DNA of 64,000 nt from Candidatus Micrarchaeota archaeon (GTDB taxonomy: Archaea; Micrarchaeota; Micrarchaeia; Anstonellales; Anstonellaceae). This document shows positions 35,097-44,387 of this stretch, piece by piece. Made by a program: the position numbers and the translations under genes. Where the stretch lies: the NCBI GenBank assembly GCA_021814005.1, contig JAKAJC010000003.1:15934-79933 (forward strand). The letters run 5' to 3'. Within the stretch, counting starts at the first letter, position 1. Every line of letters begins with the position of its first letter. The notes under the pieces are model-generated. The model did not search any database. It was given only the letters and a program-made list of their open reading frames with translations, and was not told the DNA's origin.

Positions 35097-35495
35097 TTAT
35101 ATCACGCGGAGGGCATTCTCCACTTTGACGCTCACGCGCGCTGGCGTGAGAATGCCGGGGTAGGATTCGACCGTAGCCAGCGCCTCAAGCCCGCCGTCCA
35201 TCGCAATCTTGATGTTTTCGTGCAGCTTGCCGCTCTGCAGCGCAACCACAAGGCGCACTGTGACCGCGTTTGTCACCGGGTCGTTGGTAATCAAAAGCAC
35301 GCGCTCGCCCTTGCGCACTCCGAAAAGATTTGGCAGGGCAATGGCGGCAACAATTGCGCCCGCCAAAGCCAATGCCTCGTACTGGAGAAATGCGGCAACC
35401 ATGCTGGTGAGCCCGCGGTTCGGGGTGAGAAACACCCCCACCATCGCGGGGACGGTGAGGACGGCCAGCGCCTTGGAAAAAGTGAGGAGCCGCAT
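35097..35495 (-). CDS. Hypothetical membrane-anchored protein (possibly an NfeD-like OB-fold C-terminus).
   Basis: N-terminal TM helices followed by a beta-rich segment GERVLLITNDPVTNAVTVRLVV. Weak resemblance only. Confidence 0.4.
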   Translation of the reverse strand: MRLLTFSKALAVLTVPAMVGVFLTPNRGLTSMVAAFLQYEALALAGAIVAAIALPNLFGVRKGERVLLITNDPVTNAVTVRLVVALQSGKLHENIKIAMDGGLEALATVESYPGILTPARVSVKVENALRVI

Positions 35496-35506
35496 CGATA
35501 TCCCCT

Positions 35507-37744
35507 TTAGCGATACATCGTGTCGCCGTGGTCTGAAGCGAATTTCTTGATGCGCTCCACATCAGACTTGCCGAATGACGGCTTGATGCGCTTGGCTGCG
35601 GATTCGAAGTCAGGCCCGCCGACTTTGGCTTCATCATCGCCCATGGCCTTGCTCCAGTCTCCGCTGTCTGCAGACGCTTTGGGCGTGAGGCGCCGAATTG
35701 CCTCCATGCCAGCCTCGCGGCACAGATTCTCGATGTCAGCGCCGGTGTAGCCGTCTGTTTTGTGCGACAAATCCTTGAGGTCAACGTTCTTGGCCAGAGG
35801 CATTTTGCGCGTGTGAACCTTCAATATTTCAAGGCGCGTTGCCTCGTCAGGCACCGGAATCTCGACCACTCTGTCGAAACGGCCGGCCCTCATAAGCGCA
35901 GGGTCAAGTATGTCAGGTCTGTTCGTCGCCCCTATCACCAGCACATTTTTGAGCGACTGCAGGCCGTCCATTTCGGTGAGCATGGTGTCCACCACCCGCT
36001 CGCCAACTCTGCTTCCGGTGTCTTCTCCGCCGCCGCGGTGCATGGCAATGGCGTCCAATTCATCTATGAAAATAATGCAGGGCGCAGCCAAGCGTGCCTT
36101 GCGGAACATTTCGCGCACTGTCTTCTCACTCTCGCCAACCCATTTGGAAAGCACTTCAGGCCCCTTGATGGAAATAAAGTTGGTTTCTGTTTCGCAGGCA
36201 ACCGCTTTTGCAAACATGGTTTTGCCTGTTCCGGGCAGTCCGACAAGCAAAATTCCCTTGACAGGTCTGATGCCGAATTTGCCAAACACTTCCGGATGTC
36301 GCAAAGGCAGCTCCACCGCCTCGCGCAGCTCGCGCTTCACTTCATTGAGCCCGCCGATGTCTGTCCAGTGGATGTTGGGCCTTTCCACAAACACCTCACG
36401 CAGGGCGGAAGGATGGATTTCGCGCAATGCGTCAAAGAAGTCCTCGCGCGTCACGCGCAGGGAATCCAGCACTTCGGCCGAAATGTAATCTTCATCCAGA
36501 TTGATGGACGGCAGAATGCGCCTCAGGGTTTTCATGGCCGCCTCTTTTGCCAATGACTGGATGTCGGCGCCTGTGTAGCCGTGGGTGATGTTGGCCAGCT
36601 CCTCAATGAGCTTGCCGTCCTTGTTGTCTTTTTCGTCAATAGGCATGTTGCGCGCGTGGATTTGCAATATTTCAAACCTTGACTTGCGGTCAGGCACGCC
36701 AAGCTCGATTTCGCGGTCAAACCTTCCCGGGCGGCGCAGGGCCTGGTCGATTGAATTTGGCCTGTTTGTTGCCCCGATTACAATGACTTTTCCTCTTGCC
36801 TTCAACCCGTCAAGCAGAGTGAGCAATTGGCTGACCATTCTCCTCTCCACTTCGCCTGTCGCCTCTTCGCGCTTGGGCGTGATGGCGTCCAGCTCGTCCA
36901 TGAAAATAATGGAGGGCGCGTTTTCCTCTGCATCTTTGAAAATCTGGCGCAGGCGCTCTTCGCTCTCCCCGACGAATTTACTCACCAGTTCGGGGCCTGC
37001 AATGTGAATGAAATTTGCCTCTGATTCAGATGCCACGGCCTTGGCCAGCAATGTTTTGCCTGTGCCGGGCGGGCCGTAAATCAGCACTCCTTTGGGCGCC
37101 TCAATTCCAAGGCGTTCGAAAAGTTCGGGATGCCTGATTGGCAATTCAACCATTTCGCGGATGCGCTGCACCTCTTCCTTGAGGCCTCCAATATCTTCGT
37201 AAGTAATGGAACTTGCCGCGCCGCCCATCTCCTTGACAGGCTCCTCTTTGAGCACCACTTCGGTGTTCTCGTCCACCAGCACAATTCCTGCAGGCTGCAC
37301 AATGGCCGCCTTGAGCGGGAAAGAGGTGCCGAACACGCCGATAAATATCGTGTCTCCGCGCGTGAGCGCCCTGCCCACCAGCTTCTTTTTGACAAACTGG
37401 TCAAAGCCGGGCGAATATTTCATGGGCTGCGTTGGGGCAAGCATCACTTTCTTGGCCTGTTTCAATTCGGCCTTTTTCACAATAACCTTGTCGCCGAGCG
37501 CAACTCCCGTATTCTGGCGCAGATAGCCATCCATGCGGATAATCGACATGCCCTCGTCCTGCGGGTGCGCCTGCCACACAAGGGCGGCAGTAGTCCGTTT
37601 GCCCCGCAGTTCCACTATGTCTCCTGTAGAAACATCCAGTTCCTTGCGCGCGCGGCTGTCGATGCGCACAAGCCCGCGGCCGACGTCATTCTGCAGCGCT
37701 TCGGCCACTTTCAGCTCAAATGATTTGCCAGGCATGGAGAACAC
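35507..37744 (-). CDS. cdc48: CDC48/VCP-like AAA+ ATPase (two AAA domains).
   Basis: N-terminal CDC48 domain (GRGLVRIDSRARKELDVSTGDIVELRG). Two Walker A sites (GPPGTGKTLLAKAVA and GLPGTGKTMFAKAVA). SRH motifs. Conserved tail. Confidence 0.9.
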   Translation of the reverse strand: MFSMPGKSFELKVAEALQNDVGRGLVRIDSRARKELDVSTGDIVELRGKRTTAALVWQAHPQDEGMSIIRMDGYLRQNTGVALGDKVIVKKAELKQAKKVMLAPTQPMKYSPGFDQFVKKKLVGRALTRGDTIFIGVFGTSFPLKAAIVQPAGIVLVDENTEVVLKEEPVKEMGGAASSITYEDIGGLKEEVQRIREMVELPIRHPELFERLGIEAPKGVLIYGPPGTGKTLLAKAVASESEANFIHIAGPELVSKFVGESEERLRQIFKDAEENAPSIIFMDELDAITPKREEATGEVERRMVSQLLTLLDGLKARGKVIVIGATNRPNSIDQALRRPGRFDREIELGVPDRKSRFEILQIHARNMPIDEKDNKDGKLIEELANITHGYTGADIQSLAKEAAMKTLRRILPSINLDEDYISAEVLDSLRVTREDFFDALREIHPSALREVFVERPNIHWTDIGGLNEVKRELREAVELPLRHPEVFGKFGIRPVKGILLVGLPGTGKTMFAKAVACETETNFISIKGPEVLSKWVGESEKTVREMFRKARLAAPCIIFIDELDAIAMHRGGGEDTGSRVGERVVDTMLTEMDGLQSLKNVLVIGATNRPDILDPALMRAGRFDRVVEIPVPDEATRLEILKVHTRKMPLAKNVDLKDLSHKTDGYTGADIENLCREAGMEAIRRLTPKASADSGDWSKAMGDDEAKVGGPDFESAAKRIKPSFGKSDVERIKKFASDHGDTMYR

Positions 37745-37818
37745 CCTGATATCTGTAGATTATTCTGCCTCCCCTCGAACATTTATAAACGAACCCGCAG
37801 AGGGGGCGGAAGTGGGGC

Positions 37819-38361
37819 ATGTGTTACCTGCCAGTCCGCATGCTTTTTATAAGATGGCGAAAGAAGGCCAAAACAGGTGTAAATTTGGCTTCCAAACCAA
37901 AACAAAAGAAGGCGGTTCCCCGCAAATCCCATTCCGCACAGCCGGCCAAGCCGCATCAGGCCCGCAAGTTCGCTTTTCCCAAAGCATATTACACGCCGTC
38001 CTCTCCGCCGCCCCTGCCAAAACTGCTTATGCCCTATCCCAACGACCCGTTCCCCACGCCTCTTGTCTCTTCCTCTGCGACAAAAGGGGCCATCATCCTC
38101 ACCCTGCTCGTGCCGGGCTTGGGCCACTGGCTCATTCTTCAGAGCCGGCACACCCTCGGCTATCTGCTTTTGGCTTTTCTTGCGTGGTTTATCGCCATCT
38201 CGGCCATGACCGCGTGCTGGTTCGAGTGTTCCAACATCGGCGTTGTCCCGATTCAGGCGGTTTTCCTCCTTCCCATCGCCATGCACGTGATTGCGGCCTA
38301 TGACGTGAAAATGGAGTGCGGCGGCCGGCCTCAGAACAGAATAATGGGCCACGTTTTCTGA
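37819..38361 (+). CDS. Hypothetical membrane protein. Start uncertain; Pro-rich N-terminus then 3 TM.
   Basis: ORF track. Hydrophobic core GAIILTLLVPGLGHWLIL...LLAFLAWFIAISAM. Confidence 0.4.
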   Translation: MCYLPVRMLFIRWRKKAKTGVNLASKPKQKKAVPRKSHSAQPAKPHQARKFAFPKAYYTPSSPPPLPKLLMPYPNDPFPTPLVSSSATKGAIILTLLVPGLGHWLILQSRHTLGYLLLAFLAWFIAISAMTACWFECSNIGVVPIQAVFLLPIAMHVIAAYDVKMECGGRPQNRIMGHVF

Positions 38362-38396
38362 TTTTTGGGCCGCGTTTTGATTTTTCGGCTTTCGAA

Positions 38397-39107
38397 TTAT
38401 ACCTGTGCCGCCATGTCTTCAAGAAGTTTTTTCGGGTCCCGCGCTTTCACATAAGCCGAAGCCAGAAGCACGCCGTCCACGCCAAGCGCGAACGCCTTTT
38501 TCACATCTGCAGCCGTGCTAACTCCAGCACCGCAGATAATACCCACATCGGGCGCGCTCTTTCGAATAAGTTTGACTGTGTCCGTGACAATCTCCGGTTT
38601 GGCTGTCGAAACGCTTATGCCGCTTCCAATAAGTTCGGGCGGCTCCACCGCAACAAAGGTGGGCTTCATTCGCGCCAGCGCGGCCGATTCGGCAGCATCC
38701 TGCGCGCACACCATGCTCTCAAGCTTGTTTGCGCCAAGCTGCGCAATTGTTGTCTCGATGTCGTTGGGCGAAATGCGGTGCTCGGAATGATTGACCAGAC
38801 TGCCCTTCACTCCCGCTTCTGCCAACTGCGCCGGAGTGGTCCAGCCCGTGCGCGCTCCCGCCTCGAACGGCGAAACTTCCTGCGCAAACACTTCGCCTCC
38901 AATCCTAACCGCCTCTCTAAGCAGCGTAGCATCGGGGCAGACAACAATTCTCACTCCTGACACCATGGACACCATGGCGGCGGTTTCGCACAATTTGAGG
39001 CCCTTCTCTCCAGAAGATTCAGAATAAGCCTTGAGATTGAGGGCAATCAGGGGTTTGAATTTGGATGACATAACACAAAGTCTGCCTCTAATATTAAAAA
39101 CTCCCAC
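38397..39107 (-). CDS. tpiA: Triosephosphate isomerase, archaeal type.
   Basis: KPLIALNLKAYSES, VNHSEHRI (catalytic His/Glu region), AVEPPELIGSG, GAGVSTAADV. 236 aa. Confidence 0.8.
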   Translation of the reverse strand: MGVFNIRGRLCVMSSKFKPLIALNLKAYSESSGEKGLKLCETAAMVSMVSGVRIVVCPDATLLREAVRIGGEVFAQEVSPFEAGARTGWTTPAQLAEAGVKGSLVNHSEHRISPNDIETTIAQLGANKLESMVCAQDAAESAALARMKPTFVAVEPPELIGSGISVSTAKPEIVTDTVKLIRKSAPDVGIICGAGVSTAADVKKAFALGVDGVLLASAYVKARDPKKLLEDMAAQV

Positions 39108-39121
39108 ATACTGATATTATT

Positions 39122-40339
39122 ATGTTCGTCCTCCAATTAACACAATCAATCAAACCCGCCAAACTCACCAAAGACGACCTCAAGTCCATCCCCCGCACCC
39201 AAAAAGGCGTCTATTCCGATTTCGAACACCGGCTTTTATCGACATATTCGCCCTACCGCTACAGCGGCGTGCCAGTCGATGCCGCCAACCGCTACGCCCT
39301 CATCGAGGCCAACCAGCTGCTGTTTGACCTTCTTGTCAAAATAGATTATTCTGCAGCAGCCCGTGTCAATGAAAAGCATCCTGCAATCAGCGACTATGAC
39401 CGGGTGCTGGAAAACGAGAACAACGGCCTTGTGGCCGAGAAGATGAAACTTCTGGGCCCGCTTCTTTCCCAACTGGGCCTGCCCCCCAATGTTCCAAACT
39501 CCGATTCGCTTGACATCATCTGGAAGCTGAAACGCACGGGCTCTCTCGCGCTCAAAAGCGTTATCCGTCTTCTCGGCCTTGATTCCATCCCCGACATTTT
39601 CCGTGCTCCTGATTCCAAAAAAATAAAGACCGACGCTTATTCGGTGGAAGCCCTGCACAATGCCAGCTACATGCTGACCACCCATTTCAAGCACTATTAC
39701 GAAGACTGCAAACTGTTTCTGGTCGGCTCGTTCGCCCATAATCATCAGCAGCAAATCCTGCCGTCCGCCATCGACTTCCGCGTTCTGATTCCAATCTTGC
39801 CGCGTGAAAATTACATAACCCACATGGAGTTCGCGCACGGGCTTCTGGACTCCCCGATTTCCATCTACTACGACGGACGCAAGACTTCGGTTCCAATTAC
39901 CTTCATGCTGGTCGAGCGCGACTATTTCAAATCATTCGCCCTGTCCGACCCGGCCAACCTCTTTGCCCCCGGCAACTCGCTTTTGATGAGCTGGGGCTGC
40001 GCTCTTCCCGAACTGCCCACAGGTGTGCGCGACGAGCTCAAACTTGCCGGCATGTTCAGCAGCGTGGTGTCGCTGCGCGAATCTCTGACTGACGTTCGAG
40101 CCTATCAAAATCCGGCCCGCCTCAAAGCCAAGCGCAACGCGCCCTATTACGCACACCTCTCGCTTGGGCACATCTTCGGCCCCGTCGATTCTCTTGGCGG
40201 CATCAAAAAATTCAATGCCCAGCATTTTGATTTGCCGGGCGTGATGGGGGCGCTGATTGAGGCCAACTTGCAGATGCAGGACGTTCTGCTGGCCTATAGT
40301 GAACCTCTTGAAAAGAATATCGCCGGTGGCAGGATTTGA
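39122..40339 (+). CDS. Hypothetical protein, possibly a divergent nucleotidyltransferase-fold protein (GSFAHN...IDFRV). 3' end overlaps tRNA-Ser by about 19 nt.
   Basis: ORF track. LFLVGSFAHNHQQQILPSAIDFRVLI loosely resembles the pol-beta-type NTase G-S-x(9-13)-D-h-D motif. No other match. Confidence 0.45.
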   Translation: MFVLQLTQSIKPAKLTKDDLKSIPRTQKGVYSDFEHRLLSTYSPYRYSGVPVDAANRYALIEANQLLFDLLVKIDYSAAARVNEKHPAISDYDRVLENENNGLVAEKMKLLGPLLSQLGLPPNVPNSDSLDIIWKLKRTGSLALKSVIRLLGLDSIPDIFRAPDSKKIKTDAYSVEALHNASYMLTTHFKHYYEDCKLFLVGSFAHNHQQQILPSAIDFRVLIPILPRENYITHMEFAHGLLDSPISIYYDGRKTSVPITFMLVERDYFKSFALSDPANLFAPGNSLLMSWGCALPELPTGVRDELKLAGMFSSVVSLRESLTDVRAYQNPARLKAKRNAPYYAHLSLGHIFGPVDSLGGIKKFNAQHFDLPGVMGALIEANLQMQDVLLAYSEPLEKNIAGGRI

Positions 40340-40477
40340 ACCTACAATCCCGTAAGGGACCAGTTATCTCGATTCGGAAAAGCGCAAACGCGAAGGTTGG
40401 CGGTTTTCCGAGGTTTTTCGCCCGTGAGGCGAAAAAGCTCTTCGAGACTGGCGCACTACCGAGTTATGCGACACCGG
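40321..40477 (-). tRNA. tRNA-Ser (anticodon CGA) containing an intron of about 70 nt at the canonical 37/38 position. Type II tRNA with a long variable arm.
   Basis: Reverse complement reads GCCGGTG...CCAGT-CTCGAA[intron]A-ACTGG-TCCCTTACGGGAT-GTAGGTTCAAATCCTGC-CACCGGC-G. It has an acceptor stem, T-arm GTTCAAATC, a long variable stem-loop, and discriminator G as in tRNA-Ser. Confidence 0.6.
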
Positions 40478-40480
40478 CTT

Positions 40481-40552
40481 TAGCCCCCGACGAGGATTGA
40501 ACTCGTGACCTCCTGTTTACGAGACAGGCGCTCTACCGCTGAGCTACAGGGG
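40481..40552 (-). tRNA. tRNA-Thr (anticodon CGU).
   Basis: Reverse complement GCCCCTG-TA-GCTC-AGCGGTA-GAGC-G-CCTGT-CTCGTAA-ACAGG-AGGTC-ACGAG-TTCAATC-CTCGT-CGGGGGC-T folds into a canonical cloverleaf with U33 and anticodon CGT. Confidence 0.8.
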
Positions 40553-40781
40553 CACGAAAAACGCAGAGGGGGAACACTCGAATTATCGCTGTCCCCCTCT
40601 TCATTTTCCACGTTCCTTTCTGATTCTCCCCCTGTATGTGAGGGCGAGTGGATTTATCTCCTCCGACGAAGATTAAAAAGGTTGGGATTTGTTTTTTCTT
40701 TACGGCTTGTGTCGAATGTCAATCTGACATATTTTTAAGCACTTTGAATAATTAAGCAGTCAGCAACATCGGTGATTCATA

Positions 40782-41063
40782 ATGTACGTTCTGCGCATGT
40801 ATGGAGCCCAGCCCTATGGCGAAAGCGGGAAGATGTATCCCTCCTGCTTCTACACCTCGTTCAAATCTTCGGGCAACGACGCCGCCATTCTGAACATGGC
40901 TATTGGAAAATCGATGCAAATCCGCGATATGGGCGCGAGCGCAATCTCCAAGGCCGGCGAAAAGGCGCAAATGAAAAAAGAAAATGCCGAGCCTGCAAAA
41001 ATATTTTTCCTCAAGCCTCTGCAGGAAGAGAAGCAGACAAACTCAATCAGAAAGGTCGCCTAA
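40782..41063 (+). CDS. Small hypothetical protein (93 aa) downstream of the tRNA pair.
   Basis: ORF track. AT-rich TATA-like promoter (acatatttttaagc / aataattaag) 20-60 nt upstream. C-terminus overlaps the next gene's 3' end. Confidence 0.35.
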   Translation: MYVLRMYGAQPYGESGKMYPSCFYTSFKSSGNDAAILNMAIGKSMQIRDMGASAISKAGEKAQMKKENAEPAKIFFLKPLQEEKQTNSIRKVA

Positions 41064-42314
41064 GTCTATTTCTCCGCCGCTCAAATTCCACAGCCGCTGT
41101 GTCCATACCGATTCCGGCACTATGAAGTCACTGCCGCGCGCATGACGATGAATTTCGTTCATGGTGGACACAACCCCGTTCCACTGTTTTTTGTGCGCAT
41201 GCGGCGAACCGCGTCCAAGCGAAACATCAAAATCGAGATGGTCGATCTCCATCTCGAGCTTCTCGTTGCCTGCAAACACGGGCTCCATGCGCCTCGCGTC
41301 GCGAAGCAGCCGGACGGCGGTGTTGTCAACCTTGCGCTTGTCGAGTGAATTGAAAACGCTGTTGAGGTAGCTGGCCTGAATCAGTATCGGCTCATAATTT
41401 GCATAATCCCAGTCCTCCCCCATAATATATGCGTTGAGAAAGAGGCGGAAAGAGCCTGTCGGCGCCTGCAGCGCGATGGCCTGAACACAAACCCGCAAAT
41501 GCTCGCTCCTGTCAAATACTTCGGAACTGGCGCCCTCAATGTCCATCGAACTCGGGGGCGCGACAAAGCTCTCGTTGTATGCGGGGTGGCCGTGGAAATC
41601 GAAAAAGCCAACATGCCTGTATGTCATATTCGGCGTGTAAACAAAGGTCGGGCCGGCCAGCCCCTCGCTGGCAAGCTTGTGGATAAGAAATTTGGCGTTC
41701 TCGGTGCTGCATTCTGTGCCTGACTTCCATCTCACGCGCCCGCCCCACGACAGCTGCGCCGGCACGCCGCTTCCGTTCACGAACTTCTGTTCAATCATTT
41801 CGAGAACATGCGCAAAATACTCGAGCTTCTTCTCGCCTTTGTACAGCCTGATGTCCTGAACCTTGTCAATGAAATCCCACCTGTCTTCGTTGAATGTGGC
41901 ATATGCGTCCGCCTTGAACAGAACCGGACTGGGCGTCGGAATGTCCCCCCGCTCGAACACCATGTAATACGTGCGGTGGTTGCCATCGGTCTCGAACGTC
42001 ATGCTGTTGGTATGCGCATAAATCGGAAATTCGCATCCCTCGCGCGTCATCAATTTTGTGACATGCTGCAGTTCCATCTCAACGCACGGGTTGATGGCCA
42101 CGAAGATGTCAACATCCCGCGTTTCAAGGCCGAAAGTGTCGCGCACCTGTTTGCAATACTTCACGTCCCGTTTTATGTGAAAAACGCGGCTCTCATCGCA
42201 GGCGCCCATCTTCTCGAGATTGGCTTTGACACGCATGCGTGTTTCTGGCGAGAAGCGGCCGGCCGGAATTTTTTTGTAAGCAAGGCTGGCCTCCGGTTTT
42301 TTGTGAACTGTCAT
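41043..42314 (-). CDS. Hypothetical protein (423 aa), no recognizable family.
   Basis: ORF track. Globular composition, no TM. No motif could be assigned by eye. Confidence 0.55.
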   Translation of the reverse strand: MTVHKKPEASLAYKKIPAGRFSPETRMRVKANLEKMGACDESRVFHIKRDVKYCKQVRDTFGLETRDVDIFVAINPCVEMELQHVTKLMTREGCEFPIYAHTNSMTFETDGNHRTYYMVFERGDIPTPSPVLFKADAYATFNEDRWDFIDKVQDIRLYKGEKKLEYFAHVLEMIEQKFVNGSGVPAQLSWGGRVRWKSGTECSTENAKFLIHKLASEGLAGPTFVYTPNMTYRHVGFFDFHGHPAYNESFVAPPSSMDIEGASSEVFDRSEHLRVCVQAIALQAPTGSFRLFLNAYIMGEDWDYANYEPILIQASYLNSVFNSLDKRKVDNTAVRLLRDARRMEPVFAGNEKLEMEIDHLDFDVSLGRGSPHAHKKQWNGVVSTMNEIHRHARGSDFIVPESVWTQRLWNLSGGEIDLGDLSD

Positions 42315-42419
42315 ATGTTATTGTTTATGCGCATTAGCGGTTAAAAGCCTTTTCAAAGAGCGGGGCCTTTGCACTGGCAACAAGCGAACTCATTTAAGTC
42401 TTGATAATCTCTTCAATTC

Positions 42420-43064
42420 GTGGTTTTTATGAACGCAAAACTTCTGATGCTGCCGGTTCTGATGGCTGCCGTCCTTCTTCTGGCCGGCTGCACTTCATCG
42501 CCGCTCGGCCCGTCCTGCCCGTCATCGTGCGACGACAATAATACCTGCACTCAGGATTATTGCAATGCCTCAACAAACGGCACGTGCGCGCACACGTCTT
42601 TCGACGGCTTCAGCTGCAACAATGCTTCAGGCATTTGCAAGGCCGGCGTTTGCGTGAACAAGGTTGTTGTTACAAGCACAGGCAGTTCCGACAACCGGTA
42701 CGAATTCCGCAAGTCGGATTCAGATTCCTACTGGAGAAGCGCGCGGCCATGGCAGGTGTTGGAGCATGCCCAGCCGGCAAACGGCGACCTGACGCTTGTT
42801 ATTCTGAACGTCGACTCCGCGCAGCTCAAACTGACCAATCTCTCGGTCGAAGGCAACGGCTTTGCAGGCTCATATACCACGCCCGCCTATCTCTCAAGTG
42901 GCGACTCAAAGGCCATCACTGTCCACTGGAACACAAAAGGCGTCTGCAATGCCGGCGACACTTACGAATATCATCTCGAGTTCAGCTATGACTCGACCGG
43001 TGCTTCTCCAATCATTAACCAGAAGCAGTACGGCGCCAAAAACATCGTCGGCAAGTGCAGCTGA
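42420..43064 (+). CDS. Secreted Cys-rich lipoprotein (signal peptide plus LLAGC lipobox), heavily sequon-decorated.
   Basis: MNAKLLMLPVLMAAVLLLAGCTSS, then a Cys-rich module (CPSSCDDNNTCTQDYCNASTNGTCAHTSFDGFSCNNASGICKAGVC) and a C-terminal beta-rich domain. Confidence 0.65.
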   Translation: MVFMNAKLLMLPVLMAAVLLLAGCTSSPLGPSCPSSCDDNNTCTQDYCNASTNGTCAHTSFDGFSCNNASGICKAGVCVNKVVVTSTGSSDNRYEFRKSDSDSYWRSARPWQVLEHAQPANGDLTLVILNVDSAQLKLTNLSVEGNGFAGSYTTPAYLSSGDSKAITVHWNTKGVCNAGDTYEYHLEFSYDSTGASPIINQKQYGAKNIVGKCS

Positions 43065-43087
43065 GAAAAATTGTTTTCTTTTTCTAT

Positions 43088-44284
43088 TTATTTTTTCTTC
43101 TTTGATTTCTTTGCCGCCTTCTTTTTGGCTGGCTTTGCTTTCTTGGCCGGCTTTTTGGCTGCTTTCTTTTTGGCCGGAGCCTTTGCTTTCTTTGCTGCCG
43201 GCTTGGGCCCTTTCCTTGCCGTTTTTTTCGAGGGCTTTTCTTTCTCAGCCATTTTCCCCTCGCCCTTTGCCTCTTTGTTGTTCACCAGATTAACCGGTTT
43301 GCCGCGCAAATACGCCTCAATATTGTCCAAACTGGTATCCAAAATCCTTTTCAGCGCCTCCTGGCTGTTGAATGCGTTGTGCGGCGTGATAATGACGTTG
43401 GGCTTGTTGAACAAAATCTGGTTTGCCACAACAGTGCGCAAATCAAAAGCTCCGGAAAATTCTGGAGAAACAAGCTGTCTTTCCTCCTTGATTGCCTTTT
43501 CCTCTTCAAGCACGTCCAAAGCCGCGCCGCCGACATGGCCGGACAAAACGGCGTCAACAAGCGCCTTGTTGTCCACCAGCCCTCCGCGCGCCGTGTTCAC
43601 AATCAGCACGCCCTTCTTCATCTTGGCAATGCTTTCGGCGTTGATAACATATTTTGTCTGCGGGGTGAGCGGGGTGTGCAGACTGATTATGTCGGAGTGG
43701 GCCAGCAATTCATCAAGGCCGACCAGCTTGCAGTTGAGAAGCTCCACGAGGTTGGGGTCTGCGTAGGGGTCATAGATGCGCACGTGCATGCCCAGCGCCT
43801 TGGCCGTCTTGGCGACGTGCGAGCCGATTTTGCCGAAGCCGATGAGGCCCAGCGTGCGGTCATACAAATCAATGGTGCGAAGCCCCTCTATAGAGAAATT
43901 GCCCTGCTTTGTGCGCTCGGCCGAAAGCACGATTTTTTTTGCCAGCGCCAGCATGAGGGCGACCGTGTGCTCGGCAACTGTTTGTGAGCCGTAGGCGGGC
44001 ACATTGCTGACCAGAATGTTGCGCGAATTGCAGGCGGCCATGTCGATGTGGTCGAAGCCTGTCGAGAAAGTGGAAATCATTTTGAGGTGCTGCATCTGGC
44101 CCAGCTGCTTGGGGCCGAGCTTTGAATAGATGAAAATGCCCAGCACCTCGGCGCGCGCCGCCTCGGCGATGTTTTTGTCATCCAGAACTCCGTTGATGAA
44201 CACGACGTCATGGCCCAAAAGGCGGTTTCTGATATGGGCTTTTTCCCAACCCTCCAACTCGAAAAACGCGATGACGGCCATCAA
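43088..44284 (-). CDS. D-isomer-specific 2-hydroxyacid dehydrogenase (PGDH/LDH-D family) fused to a roughly 65-aa Lys/Ala/Pro-rich histone-H1-like C-terminal tail.
   Basis: NAD-binding GLIGFGKIGSHVAKTAKALGMHVRIYDP, catalytic region ARGGLVD...HVGGAALDV, then KPSKKTARKGPKPAAKKAKAPAKKKAAKKPAKKAKPAKKKAAKKSKKKK. Confidence 0.75.
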   Translation of the reverse strand: MMAVIAFFELEGWEKAHIRNRLLGHDVVFINGVLDDKNIAEAARAEVLGIFIYSKLGPKQLGQMQHLKMISTFSTGFDHIDMAACNSRNILVSNVPAYGSQTVAEHTVALMLALAKKIVLSAERTKQGNFSIEGLRTIDLYDRTLGLIGFGKIGSHVAKTAKALGMHVRIYDPYADPNLVELLNCKLVGLDELLAHSDIISLHTPLTPQTKYVINAESIAKMKKGVLIVNTARGGLVDNKALVDAVLSGHVGGAALDVLEEEKAIKEERQLVSPEFSGAFDLRTVVANQILFNKPNVIITPHNAFNSQEALKRILDTSLDNIEAYLRGKPVNLVNNKEAKGEGKMAEKEKPSKKTARKGPKPAAKKAKAPAKKKAAKKPAKKAKPAKKKAAKKSKKKK

Positions 44285-44387
44285 GCCACCTCGTTTTTGG
44301 CTCGAAGGCAGGTATTTTAAGGGCTTGGCGGAAGGGGCCGGAGGCCTTAAATAGGCAAAAATAGTGGTAAAAAAAATAATTAAGCGG

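Noticed and set aside
35762-36556. 264-aa plus-strand ORF (plus several shorter ones across 35.5-37.7 kb)
   Set aside because: Antisense to the CDC48 AAA ATPase gene.
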